The translations under genes were made by a program, and so were the position numbers. DNA of 64,000 nucleotides from Macrostomum hystrix. Its lineage: Eukaryota; Animalia; Platyhelminthes. Positions 24,661 to 37,496 of the stretch are shown piece by piece (the stretch's first letter is position 1; every line of letters starts with the position of its first letter). Location: positions 6,634,001 to 6,698,000 of the forward strand of contig CATNEN010000024.1 in the NCBI GenBank assembly GCA_950097015.1. Reading direction: 5' to 3'. A model generated the notes under the pieces. It was not told the origin of the DNA. It searched no databases and saw nothing but the letters and a program-made list of their open reading frames with translations.

Positions 24661-25874
24661 ACCTAATTATTTTGACTTTTAAGTTAATCTCAACTCAAGA
24701 TCTTCCATTGTTTTATTAGTGTTTAGATAACCCTAGCAAAAAAGATCTAACAATACCAAAATGCATAATAAACAAACTAACACAGGGTACTAAAAGTATA
24801 TTCCTAATTTAAAATATTGATTCAAAAGTTTTTTTCAAATAAAGTTATTTAAATTTAAATTAACATTAAAATAAGATAAGTGCCATAGTAAAAGAACTGG
24901 TTAATTAAATGGGAAAAATTATCTGCCAACTTCCATACGTAAATATGACAATCCAATAGAATAAATTGCTAATTTTGCTTATTTGATGAAATTTGATTTA
25001 AATTTTCTATAATTAATACACAGCAAATAAATGGATTTACTGTTTAACATGTACTAGCAGCTCAATTGTTTGCTATAGTTCTAGCTCATGCAAAATTTAA
25101 AATCCCACACTAATATAGCATGAATAAATGGCTTAAAAAGGCTGCAACAGCTTAGGGAACCTTAAAACTTAAAAGCAAGCTATGAATATTGGGATTTAAT
25201 TCAAGCTATAATTAATGGTATTGCTTACTGCTCACATTTTTCTTCTATACTGTTAATTAAAAAATTAAGTACCTTGTCTAACTAGGGATGCCAATTTCAG
25301 TTAACTGGTTAACCTAAAAACTGTTTTGGCCCAGAAAAACATTTTTAGTCTAGTTTCCATTCAGTTTTTGCACTTCTAAATTATTTCATTAACAATTTAG
25401 CATTTTAATTTAAACAAGCTAAGATTTCATGTTGCACTTTATTAATAAACATTATTAATAAATATAATTGTCATTTATAAACAAGATTTTGTTATCTGGT
25501 TAGATTTAGATTTGATATTTTTTGGTACACTATAAGCTGTATAAGACTAGTATAGGCCCCTAGGAGTAGGAGTATGGCTCAAAGAACTGACTGAGCTTAG
25601 ATTGCAATGAAATAGTAAAACTAGCTAGCTGTTGGTATGGCAACAGAAAAAGAAAAATGCTTAATGTTTAATATACAATATAAAAATTATTTGTTTGAGT
25701 TGATAGTTGGAACTAGACATTTTATATTTAAAAGTTTTGCAATTTGACCACTTACGTACATCATACAATTGCCAAAATTCATCCACTGCACAAGGCACAT
25801 GTACTTATCTCTCAGTACATCTCAGCACAGCCCACAGTCAAAGGTAGTGACTCTTAGACTGTACAGCACTAGCC

Positions 25875-26225
25875 ATGGAGCTGAATCGTGAGCAAAGTTG
25901 GCTACTGATTTGGTACTGCCACAAGCAAAAGCTCAGTGCACTTAAGGCTCATGCTGAGTTAGTGGCAGCATTAGACACCCAAGCTCTATCATATGCCATG
26001 GTTACGCTTTGGTACCGAGAGTTCTAAGCTGGCAAGATCAACTTGCCTGCCAGTTGTTATCGACAGTGTGACACAGCAGGCTCCAAGGATGGGAATGCGA
26101 GGGCAAAAGCTTTATCATGACAACACCCCAACTCACACTGCTACTCAAGCCTTTCTGGACCAGCTGGGTATCGGAACGCTGGAGTAAATTCCGCATAGTC
26201 CACTGCATAGTCCGAGCCTGAAAGA
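25875..26225 (+). mobile_element. Degraded mariner transposase remnant
   Basis: MELNREQSWLLIWYCHKQKLSA..LSYAMVTLWYREF* (mariner N-terminal HTH) followed, after a large deletion, by LYHDNTPTHTA..LDQLGIGTLE*IPHSP. Confidence 0.7.
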
Positions 26226-29200
26226 GGTTCTTTAAATGGAAGTGCTTATTCCCATGTTCCTGTGTCAATAATTTCAATTTTATCCACATGGATCCGTGCC
26301 AATAATTTCTGCTTATCCACACAGCAGCTTGTATGAATAGGTCTACAACTCTTTATATATGCCATGCCATTAATTTCAATTTTATCCACATGGATCTGTG
26401 CTGATAATTATCTGCCTGTCCACACAGCAGCTTGTTTTGCCAATAACTTTAAGAACTTAAAGCACATATTTTACAGGAACTGTGTAGCAATTTTCATATA
26501 ATATATACAACAGGTCATACATGTTTTCCAGAACCTGCAGTTACCTGTAGTAGGGCCTCTTAATTATAAGCAATGTAATTAATTTCAATTTCGAATAATT
26601 GTTCATTTCGAATAAAATGTAACATTGCTAACAATTGCATGAAGAATCACGCTGACATTTGTATTGCACACATTGTATCATATTGAAATATGATATGATA
26701 CACATGCACAAATGATACTACTGACTTGTTACCATACGAAAATAAGGTTTCAGAAACTCGACAAAACATGTTAACTAGTTCTGTGCTTTCCTCTGCGAAT
26801 CTTTACAAGTGTGTGTCCTTCAGACTTAGGCATTAAATTCTTGAGAGTTAAAACAGTGTCCCAATGCTTTTGCTGGACAATTTTCTTAGTTGTAGACCTA
26901 TTCATACAAGCTGCCATGTGGATAAGCAGAAAATTTTCGGCATGGATCCATGTGGATAAAATTGAAATTATTGGCATAGGACCTTGGGAATAAGCTCTGC
27001 CTTTTTAAACAGAATGGTAAATTCCACATAGTCCACCACATATAATAAGGTTTGCTAAACAGTGTGGTAAAAACTGCTAACTTAACTGTAGGGTAATGTT
27101 GACATTACTATGCAGTAAAGTTAGCATTTTTTACCGCACTGGCGCACTGTAAAATGTTGCTAACATCTTCACTCATTTAGGCCTAGTATGGGTGTCATCT
27201 GAAGACTATAAGTATTAAGTGCTTGTGCACTGGCAGCACTGGCACATAAATTCATTGTAATGTTGTAACAACAGACTGTTATAACTTTGCAATATCTCAC
27301 AGTGTACATCTGATATGTACACAAAGGTCAAAACTCAAAACATAGGTCATTAGGCCAATAACTTGTCAACTTAGGCTTATGCCTACAGTACTTGCTTGAT
27401 TTTTTCATGTTACCAAATATTTTGTTCCTTAAATTAAGTAAAATAATTACTTTCAAAAGTAAAAAATTAACGAATGGAACTCGACTTGAGAGCCAAAAAT
27501 TAAATAGGATCTTGACTTAATGACAATGACGTGATGACTAGGCCCTATATATCCAAATAAAATTTAACAGCACATAACTGTAAAGTAAAGCAATCTGGTG
27601 GTCTAGTGGAAGTGCAAAGCAAATAAGATATTGCTTTGTTAGTGCTACACCGAATATTTGCATATTGTGATGCCTAAACTGTTACTCTACATTTGAAATT
27701 GATAGTAAAGCTAGGCCTAGCTAATGGCGTACATCTACGAAATTTCCTCAGCGACGACATCACTGGCTATCACGACATCTTGATGGCCCAGGATGAGTAG
27801 AAAAAAAAACAGTCAGTTTTCTAAGTTTCTATATAACATACAGAGAATTAAAAAATTATTTTTGTCACCTTAAACATATAACTTAAACTTTTGTTATACG
27901 TGCGCAAATGATAATAAAGCCTTGCGTAAAAAATCATATCAGCTTAATGAAAAAGCATCTTACAGCTACCATGAAGTCAATATAAATCTTAGGCTTATAC
28001 TTAGGCTGCAACTCAGTTGCTGCAAGTATACCCTGTGTTCAAACATTAAAAAAACAAATCTGTATCTTTTTCCGGATTTGAGATGCATACCTTCCAATTG
28101 TGGGGCAAACAATATTATTGGTTTAGTAATAGATTGTTGAAACAGAAATATACCATATTTTTATATCGCAATACCTTTTATGGGTATTTAAGGAACCTAG
28201 GTTAAAAAATCTTCCCTAAACCCAGCCTCCCTTGTATTTAATGATTTACTTTGTTTTAAACGTGGTTGCATTACAATAGTTTTTGCCGAAGAATGGTGCA
28301 CAATAAGAAGACTGCGACTTTATACTACAATCAGAGCTTGAAACTTGCCATCAGAGACTTCAGATTACAACGAACCTTAATAGCTAGGTATCTAACAAAT
28401 AGAGCAATAGACGAGAAAGTTGGTTGCAAGCCAGATCGATTATTTAAATTGTGCAAAAAGGCAACACCCAAACGCTTAAATCGAAATGTTTGTTATCATG
28501 TTTGTCTTTATTATACTTTAAAGGGACCAAAACAGAAAAGGCTTATAGCATGCAGCTAATTAACAGGATTTTTATTATATTAAATCGAATTCTCGGAGTA
28601 CAGTTACGCAGCAAATAACAACGCGTAAGAAAGCATAGTTACTATTAGCAGCTAGAAGAAGGCCTGTCGGCAATGTTCTTCTTTCGTTCGTTATATTATT
28701 ATTTTATTTTTATAATTTATTATTTTTTTTATAATGATAGAGCTAGAGTAGGAAATTAAAAACAGAAACATATACGCAAATTAGCATTAAAAAACTATAG
28801 CGTGTTCTTAAAATGTTAAATATAAGCAAATAGATTTTTCTGGGCAAATTACGAGCGTACACACAGAAAAAGAGAAATCGCTAATGTTTTTATTATAGAT
28901 AAACACAATATTAATTAGCCGAAATCTGGCGACATCATGTGTCAGTATAATCATCAAGAAATCAAGATTTTCTAAAACTCAAATAAAATAGGATGACAAA
29001 GCAGATATTTTATAACAGTACCCCTATATTATTTCGAATTATAGTTAGTTAAAAAAAAAACTGTGAAAGTACGAATAGCTTTTTGGCTTTACTTGCAATA
29101 ACTGGAATAAAAAATTACAGAAAATTTATTTGAGCACTGGGATTAAACTAAACGAAAAACACAAGGGTACTCTCTTTTAAAACCGCGCCTTAAAATTCTT

Positions 29201-29492
29201 GACTTGAAATTACTAAAACAAAACATTTCATACCCCTGGAGATGTTTTTATTGGTATAGGTTTTGAAACAGTCTACAGAAAACAGCAGGAAGTATGTCTT
29301 ACAATGGCTAGGGAGTGGATGTCGCTACGATTGTAAGCAAAATTGATGTAAGGTAGGATTGCCACACTGGAACAGGCAAGTATGCAAATTTAGCATAGAT
29401 GTCTCCATTTTTTTTTAATTATGAGCAAATCTAAAAGAATTTCTTAGAAATTGAAGTCAGCATAGTAGATTCAGTAAGAGGATTCGGGATCT

Positions 29493-29900
29493 TCACTTGC
29501 CTTTGCCGGCCCGGCCAGGCGGCTTGGGCTTGCCGAACTTTTGGCCCGAGTCAACCTGGGGCGGGTGAAACTCCATCTGTAGGGCCGACTCGCTCAGCTC
29601 CGAGGCGCTGTCAACCTCTAGCCGACGTTCCGGCTCAATGCCGAACGCTGAGCACTGCTGGATAAAGAAGGCCCGACCGCTTGAATACACCATGCGCTCC
29701 TTGATTGGACACTTGTAACCGGGCATGGAGTAGGCGAATAGCACAGGGGCAATGTCCGCCCCATTGTGCCGGTGCCGATAGCGGAACAGATGATAGCGGG
29801 GTGTGTCGTCTGGCACACGGCTGGCCAGCTCGCTGGCTGGAAGGCGCTCGGCCCGGTCCGGACAGCGGAGCTCTTCGGTTGGGCGAAGCGAGATGCTAAT
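29493..29900 (-). CDS. TWF: Twinfilin exon 3 (C-terminal ADF-H domain and tail)
   Basis: cccag|ISISLR..VPDDTPRYHLFRY..VLFAYSMPGYKCPIKERMVYSS..KFGKPKPPGR..*. Confidence 0.95.
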   Translation of the reverse strand: MSISLRPTEELRCPDRAERLPASELASRVPDDTPRYHLFRYRHRHNGADIAPVLFAYSMPGYKCPIKERMVYSSGRAFFIQQCSAFGIEPERRLEVDSASELSESALQMEFHPPQVDSGQKFGKPKPPGRAGKGK

Positions 29901-30049
29901 CTGGGATAATTTGGGATTAGATTTTGGACTCTAGCTTAATATGGATTTAATATCAATGTGCTCCAAATAGACTAAGCATGGATCAGTTTCGATCAGATTG
30001 AGTACTGATCGTTTTCAAATTGATTAATCACTGATAATCGCTGACTTCT

Positions 30050-30258
30050 AAACACAGACTCACACTTTCTCATTGTCAGCCAGTGTACACTCCCACTGTG
30101 CCTAGGAGGTTGGCCCTTAAGAGTGTAACTTGCAAGACAAGCCAGCAAGCCTTCTCTCCGCGGCAGCGCCCCAAATGAATGCGGCCTCCGCCGCGGAATC
30201 GAGCTCAGGGACCTTGGTGCGAGAGGCAAAAACGTTAATCGCTCTGCCACTCACCCCA
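30050..30258 (-). mobile_element. tRNA-derived SINE family A copy (twinfilin intron 2)
   Basis: Reverse complement GTGGGGTGAGTGGCAGAGCG..GAGCTCGATTCCGCGG..GGAGAGAAGGCTT..AGTGTACACTG. Confidence 0.8.
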
Positions 30259-30426
30259 CTATAATACGGATTAACTATCGAACAATTTCACATGGATTTA
30301 CTATTGATCATGTCAATCTAAACATTTGGTGGTTTCAGACGGATTTACTTTGTCAGTCAACATGATATGGATAAGATCCAGCTATTTTTAGGTGAATAAA
30401 CAGCAGAGCCTGATGGCGGCACAGAC

Positions 30427-31022
30427 CTGCACATAGTCCAGACTGCCAGCAACGAACTGTTTTAAAGCGTCGGCCGCCTCGACCGAGACTTCAAAGCCGA
30501 CGCCGGCCAGGGTCTGCTGGCGCTCGTCGATGCCAGCCTGAACTCGCTCCATTTCGCGCACCATCGCCCGCTCCTCCTCGGCCTGGGTTAGCGGCGGTGG
30601 AGCCTTGGCGGCTGCTAGGTGCCGATCGTAGCCAGATAAGCAGAGATCCTCCGGCTGTGTGCCGGCCAGGGTGCCATCGGCCGCCAGGTGTTCGCCGCCG
30701 AATGCCCGTTTCACAGTTGCGGCCGTGGCGCTGTAGAGCATCTTGGCGCGGATCGGGGCCGAATCGTGGACATACTGCATAAACAGCCACTGGTAGCCGT
30801 ACGAATTGCGCGCATCCAGCCTGTAGAACAGGTAGCAGGCGGCGCCTTTGTCCAGGTGCGGTGCCACGCATTCGTCATATTGATCGCGCCAGTTGGCGCC
30901 AGGCTTCACCGGTGCGCGAGTCTCCAATTCTAAAGACTCGTCGCGAATGACTGCCTTCAGGAAGCGCCAATTGCCATCTTCGGCGACAGCTTCGGCAAAT
31001 GCCTGCGCCAATTCGTCGCTTG
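30427..31022 (-). CDS. TWF: Twinfilin exon 2 (N-terminal ADF-H domain)
   Basis: gtcag|(A)SDELAQAF..CYLFYRLD..WLFMQYVHDSAPIRAKMLYSATAATVKRAFGG..DYVQ|gtctgt. Confidence 0.96.
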
Positions 31023-31561
31023 CTGACAGTGAGTGGCGGGGTAGGTGGGATTCTAGAAAATTGGTGCTATTGCACTATTGATAATAATTCACTAGTACTC
31101 GTATCCAGTGTTAAACTCATATTCTTATATTCATCCCCAATTTCATAGAAACTATGGCTTTAAAAGAAAAAATTTCATGAAACTAATAATGTATACCAAG
31201 TAATTAGAAAGGGTCCCTTTTCCTTTGTCAATCCCTAAGATCCATCTGTGTATACAAAACTCATTGAGGGACATCGCTGCACTAATAATGGAAGTTCAAA
31301 GCTATGCATGGTTGCACAGCAGGCCATGTTTGCTTGATATCTTGAAGAATTCATATGGCACCTTTACATTAGCCACTTGTTTTGGCCATGTAGAGTATTG
31401 GAAAAAATTATATTACAATATTAATTAAAAAACATGTATAAAAGTATTTATAAAACTGGCATTTTAATGCATTGTAATGTTATGTAATGAATAGTTTTAT
31501 CGCGGCAAGAAATTATATCAACAAACTTAGGAGAGTTAATAAAATCAACTATCCATCAAAA

Positions 31562-32030
31562 CGGTCCCAGGTCATTTTGGTGACAAGACATTTCAGTGAC
31601 AACTATTTTTGCACCTAAATATGCTGAGAAAACTGCCTTCCATGATCCAGCAGCTGCTTAAAGCCTGCACTCGCCTTGTCAATCCAAAACTTGAAAAATG
31701 ATTATTATACTCATTTAATTAGGAATGAATAACTATTGAAACTATTGACTACTCATTAAATAATTTAATGATTTAACTCATTTAAAGTAAAACCCAGACT
31801 TAATCAGAGCGATGCAGCTTCTTATTAATACTTATAGCATCTACTATGTTGAGCTTATCATTCAAACTCTGTGGTAACGAGATGGCAATGAGTAGTCAAG
31901 GCTGTTTTTAGCATATTTAGGTGCAAAAATAGTTGTCACCAATCTGACCAATTATGTCACTGAAATGACTTGAGTTGTCATTGAAATGACTGTCACCAAA
32001 ATGTCTTGTCACCAAAATGACCTGGGACTA
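31562..32030. mobile_element. MITE in twinfilin intron 1
   Basis: TIR CGGTCCCAGGTCATTTTGGTGACAAGACATTT / AAATGTCTTGTCACCAAAATGACCTGGGACTA; flanking direct repeat TCAAAA (or ATCAAAAC); short subterminal GTCAC repeats. Confidence 0.8.
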
Positions 32031-32912
32031 TCAAAACTATATAAAACCAATCAATCAGAGAGCTTGGAGGACTCAGATTGTGTTTTGTGCTCAGCACAAG
32101 CTGAAAGGCCAAGAGCCAAAATAGAGAACTTAAAGGAGTTCCTCATTGTTTGTCTTATTCATTTGAACTTTGGCTACCACTGCATATTCAGCACCAAGCA
32201 CGAACAAATATTGGAAACAAAAAAATAAAAATTAAACATTTTATATTGAATTTATGACACCACTATTCTACTTAAGTTAAACTGCATATAGTTTATATAG
32301 CAGTTGCATACTGTTTATAATCTCAATTTTCTGCTTTTGAGACTTATAGCAAAGATTCTATAGGCCTATAGGTTTGAACTTTGGGCACAATTTTTAGTGA
32401 TTAAAGCAAAACTATTATGGAAATTTTTAAGTTTGACCTCTCAGCTAAAATGACTTCAAATTGACTTTTAGCTACAATGGACTAAATTTGCTCAAACAAA
32501 TTAATAATTATCATAGAAATTATTGTGTCAAATTAAAAAAAAGATTGAATAGGTGGTCTAGCAATATTTTTCTGTTAAAAATTAGCATGCTTGAATGAAG
32601 ACTAGTTTGTTACTTAAGCAAATAAGGTGCTAGTATAATATATACACAGGCCTAGGCCCTCTCGCTGAGGCACATCATGGAATGATATTTTATGTTTCAG
32701 ATATATCTTAGATAACAAGATGACATAAAACTCTATAATAGGCCCAGGGTCTAGGAATAGTATATTATCTGAAAATATAAAGTATATTTAAAGTTAAATA
32801 ATTAACATGTGGATAATTATAATGTAGGTGTATTGCATTGTATTGGTGTCTCCACAGAATACAAAAAAATTATATGTATGTTATACTGCATTAATAGGAA
32901 TAATTAACCTAC

Positions 32913-32937
32913 CTTTAATTCCAGTTTGGTGAGCCAT
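32913..32937 (-). CDS. TWF: Twinfilin exon 1 (25-nt micro-exon MAHQTGIK, not in ORF track)
   Basis: ATG GCT CAC CAA ACT GGA ATT AAA G|gtagg matches the conserved twinfilin N-terminus M(S/A)HQTGI; phase 1 joins exon 2; total about 342 aa. Confidence 0.9.
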
Positions 32938-33442
32938 CTTTACACTTTCAAAAATTTCTATCGAGACTAGGAGCTTGCCTTATGCCTTATGGGCCTAGAC
33001 GAATGTTTAACCTTTTCTCCCTTTTAAAATAGTTTTCACAATCAAGTAAGTATAGATTGCCTATTCTGCCTAGGTTGCCTGAGAGTTATTAGAAATTAAC
33101 TAGAGAAACATAGAAAACGGGAAGCGATCATCCACTATCCGGGAAGTTAATATTAGATTTTTAACTTAACTTTAACTTAAGAAAGAAAGAGATTTCTTTA
33201 ATGTTTCGCAGAATGATCGAACTGTTGTGTATTTTAACAAAGTATTGTAAAAAATGAAGTCAATCTACATCGTAGTCTCTGCAAGTTATCTAATATAATA
33301 AATATGTGTATGATGCGAAAGAAAAATATATCTGGAGTAATTGGTCAAACTTGTGCAAAATTCCCTTGTAAATCGCATCAGCCGTGTTGACGACTCTTAG
33401 GCTACATCGAACATGCGCGACTGTCGCCTAATAGGCAACTCT

Positions 33443-33472
33443 GAACATGTTCTTTGTTCCGCGAACATGTTC
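33443..33472. promoter_or_regulatory. Candidate p53-family response element
   Basis: Two perfect RRRCWWGYYY half-sites (GAACATGTTC) with a 10-nt spacer, and a third 9/10 half-site at 33409; about 500 bp upstream of the twinfilin ATG. Motif match only. Confidence 0.35.
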
Positions 33473-33525
33473 TTTTAAATCAATAAGGCTACTTAATGTA
33501 TATTAATGAATTAATAACATGAAGA

Positions 33526-33668
33526 AAACACTATGCCTTCCTTGGCATGAGGTCAACAAACAATACAGAGAGTTAAACCATGTGTGTGTGTGTTAAACCT
33601 TACTAGACATAGTATGGGTTTAACTCTGTCTTGTTTGTTGACCTCATGCCAAGGAAGGCATAGTGTTT
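33526..33668. repeat. Short foldback (about 52-bp arms), CACTA..TAGTG ends
   Basis: AAACACTATGCCTTCCTTGGCATGAGGTCAACAAACA is perfectly inverted at 33631-33668. Confidence 0.75.
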
Positions 33669-36573
33669 ATAAAGATAAAGATAAAGTTAAATTTTTTGGT
33701 ACTGCCCGAGTTGCATCAAAAAGAAAATGAATTTAGTTCTCTACCTCTGTCTGGCACTTTGGGCAGATCCTGCGTTCGTATTATACTCTTGTTCTGGCTG
33801 TTCTCTGTGTCTCACAGTAAGTCTTTTGTAGTGTAGTGTCAGCTTGTTTGCCCGTGTTATTATTCAGTACTTATTTTTAGACACGTGTATTTTGCTAAGA
33901 GTTCACCCACGCCAAGCCGGGCCGGACCAGCTGGGGGAACGGACGCCCACCACCCCCGCGAGCGCTACCCCGGGGCTACGGTCCCGGCCAATCAGCGAGC
34001 GACCCGGCCTCACTACCTGTCTACCCTCGGCAAGAAGCGACCCCGGGGCTCAGAACGGCGGTCGCAAGTCTACTGCGATTTGTCGCCTTGGCTCATGCTA
34101 CAGCCAGGCATCCACCTCGCCGATCGACCTAATTTGGGGTTAAGGTGACTCTATATAACGAAGCGTGTTTTTGTAGTCCAAATTATCTGTTTCTTCGCAA
34201 TTCGCCTCACACTGTGAGAAGCACGTGCAAATTATCGTTCTCTGCAATTCGCCTCACACTGTGAGAAGCACGTGCAAGCTAGTCCACTTGTTTTGTCCCT
34301 CCCCGCCCGACCACACTCCGCTTGTTCAGTTAGGTAGCTTTCGGCGCTACGCGTCTTGAGAGTGCGCCGCTGACAAGGGTGGTCTAGATAGGCGCTTGTT
34401 GTCGAAGTCAGTACGTGCTCTCTTCGGAGACTCCGCCGTCAGGCAGGAGTGCCAACCGATAGGATCTGTCTGGGCAGCGCTGAAAGCAGAGACAACCGGA
34501 GCCTCTCGGGAAGAGTAGCGCGGATGTAGGCCAGTTAAGTAAAAATTGTTATATCCAAATTGTTAGACCAGACTTGCTTCTCACTGTGAGCGCGCTATAA
34601 TTTATTTCCGTGTGAACATCTATTCTGTCAGTATAACTTTTAAGTCAAGTAAACGATATTCAAAGTAATTCCTATTCGTATCTGGAATCTTAGTCACAGC
34701 CAATTAACTCACTCCTAATCAAATTATTCGAGTCTTCGCGTTCATACTGTGTTATTCTTTTTCATTGGGAGTTTCGCCGGGCCGGAGGACGACACACGGG
34801 TCTCATCGCTTATCTATTCCACTTCGCTCGCTACCAGTCTCTAACGCTATTTAATTCCAGATTTCCCTGCTGCTATTGAAACGATTGGTAGGACACCGAC
34901 CCCGGTGAATAGTGAATAGTCGCTAGCTTTAAATACCTCACGCTCCAGCTAGGACATTCATTTTATTACAGTAGTCCCTGCAGGCCATCGCAAACGGCGA
35001 AGGGAAGGGGCCGAAATAATATAAGTTTTAGTGTTGTACAGTATGGGCTGTACAGTGTTATACAGTACAGAATTCATTGTCTGTAACATTTACTGGCGCA
35101 CAAAATACTAAAAATAGCGCAGTCGATGGTTGATGGTAAATAAGTTGTGCATCTACTTAAGCGTCAGCCATGCACTAAAACAGCTTGAGACAGTTTAGGT
35201 AATGCTCAAAAATAGAAGAGCGCAGATAAATATTTTCATATTTGATTTCTGTAATCCAGCCTTGTCTGTTGATCGGTTGCCATGGTCCCTAGTGCCTCCT
35301 TGGACTCGCCTCGGAATTGCCTCGGAGTTGCCCCGGGGCTCGTGTCGGCTTCGCAGCGTGCTGCTTTCGCCTTGCCAGTTATAGAAAGTACGATTATTTC
35401 GTATTTCAATCGCCGGATCCTGCAGACGACAAAGGTCCGGGACTGACTTTCTATTATAAAAAACGGGTTAAGATCTTCGTGTGACAGTCCACGACTCGGT
35501 CTAATACTGCGCCTTATGGCGAAATAACCTTTAGTAATCGACAAACGCAAAACCGGATTTACTCTCTGATTTGACATAACCATTAGCGAGCGGGCCGGGC
35601 CAGTTGCCCTCCGTCGCGTTCCACCGTCTATATTTATATCTGTTATTTTCATAACAAATTTGTTAATTGTTATTTACACCCTGCAGTGTGCGTGTCAGTA
35701 CGCTCTTCCTCTTCCCCAGTCTCTCTTTCTGTCCCAGGCAGAGGAGGTGCGTCTCGGTTGTAGGTCTCTCCTTCTAGCATGTCTTAATGTTGACCGCAAT
35801 CGATCCGTCGTGCCTAGCCCTGTCCAGCGCCGGTTTCTGCTGTTCGGGACAGAGTTTTTTGCCGACGTGGCATTTCGCGGACTCGCTCTCTCTTCTCCCG
35901 CGGTCGTCCCACAGTTGATCTCCCTGACAACGCGGGACGAAAGCTGGGGCCGGGCTGGTTAGTGTGCTCGGCGGGGACATCCTCTCCAGCCGTCTGTTTC
36001 TCCCTTGCTCGGTCGGGTCCCGCTCAGGCCTGGCAACGCCGCCCCGGCGTGTTTGCTCCCTCGAGGACCGGCTCGCTCCGGCCGCGCCATCTCGCTTTTT
36101 CCTGCAAATTGCTTGTCTAGGGTGGGGCCAGACCGGCACGCCATATCTGCCTGCACTTTATCTATTACTCCCTCTTTCTCTCTCCTGCCTTACCTTATTT
36201 TTGCCCTGCATACCAGTCAACCTGGCTATTCATCATCAACAGGACTCTGCGGGATGGCCTTGTTTTCTGTTTATTGTGTAAAGACGGTAAAATAACATTA
36301 AAAAACAATAAGTCATTTCTTTCACCTTTTTTTTCTCTATTGTTACTATTTCTAGCCATTACATAATTTCTATTTTTTGTAGCCTCTGCACTCAGCAACA
36401 AATAATGGGAGGCTATAAGCTAAGCAGCAAGTAAACATTCGTGAACATCTAAAGATATATATAAACATCAGTATTTTTAAACATGAGAAAACTTAATGGA
36501 ACTAAAAAGGCAGCTTAAAATTAGTTTTCTCAGTGAAAATTGACTCAGTTTCTTAAACCTCTAGAGGTTAGCT

Positions 36574-37496
36574 ATGTCGAATGCCAAAAACTATCGCTCG
36601 AAACTTCAAAGTGCCGCTTCAGAGGGCCGGAGCGACGCAGTCGAGAAGTTGCTTAACGATGGTGCTGACATCAATGAACAGGACGAGAGCGACGGATCTA
36701 CACCGTTGATTTTGGCTTCCGAGAGAGGTCACGTGACTGTGGTTCGCTTGCTGCTGGACAGGGGTGCCAGCCTCACAATATGTAAAACGGACCGTTGGAG
36801 ACCATTGCACATTGCCGCCTACAATGGTCACGGACAGGTCGTCCAGCTGCTGATAGGGGCTGGCTCCGAACTTGACTGGCCAGACTGTCAAAATTCGACA
36901 CCGCTGCACGTGGCTACACTGTACGGCTACTTGGACGTCGTTCGTAGACTGCTGGTTTCGGGCGCCGATTCCGGGAAGCGGGACTATTGTGGCAGATTAC
37001 CTCTGCACCTCGCTTGTCAATATGGACACATGGATACTGTCATCCTGCTTCTGCAGGATGCTCCGAAGCTTGTTGAATCTCCCGATGCGACAAAGTCGAC
37101 GCCGCTCCACACGGCCGCAAAGATGGGACGCGCCGCAATCGCAAAGCTGCTACTTGACAACGGCGCCAATGCGGACGCCCTGGACGCCGCAGGCAAGACG
37201 CCGATCGAGCTGGCTACTCAAGCTGGACATATCAAGACCCTTAAATGCATGCTGCCGTGGATGGATACCTCCATGGAAGTGACTTCCAGCGCTGTCCTGC
37301 GCTTGGCTGCTGCATTTGGCCAAGTCGAATGCTTCGTCGCGATTCTGCGGCACTGCAACTCATCGGTTGAGGCAGCTCGCAGCGCCTTGCACGGCCTGCC
37401 GCAGACAGAGTCCGTCAGGCGACTGACGATGCATCTGGAGAGCGCCCGGTTCCTAGCGCCAGACACTTCCACAGCTGAAGTTCGCAACACGTTCTG
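36574..37496 (+). CDS. Ankyrin-cGLR fusion exon 1 (7-8 ankyrin repeats)
   Basis: Repeated G.TPLH.A...GH..VV.LL..GA motifs; donor TG|gtgaga at 37497 (phase 2) just before the apparent stop. Confidence 0.88.
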
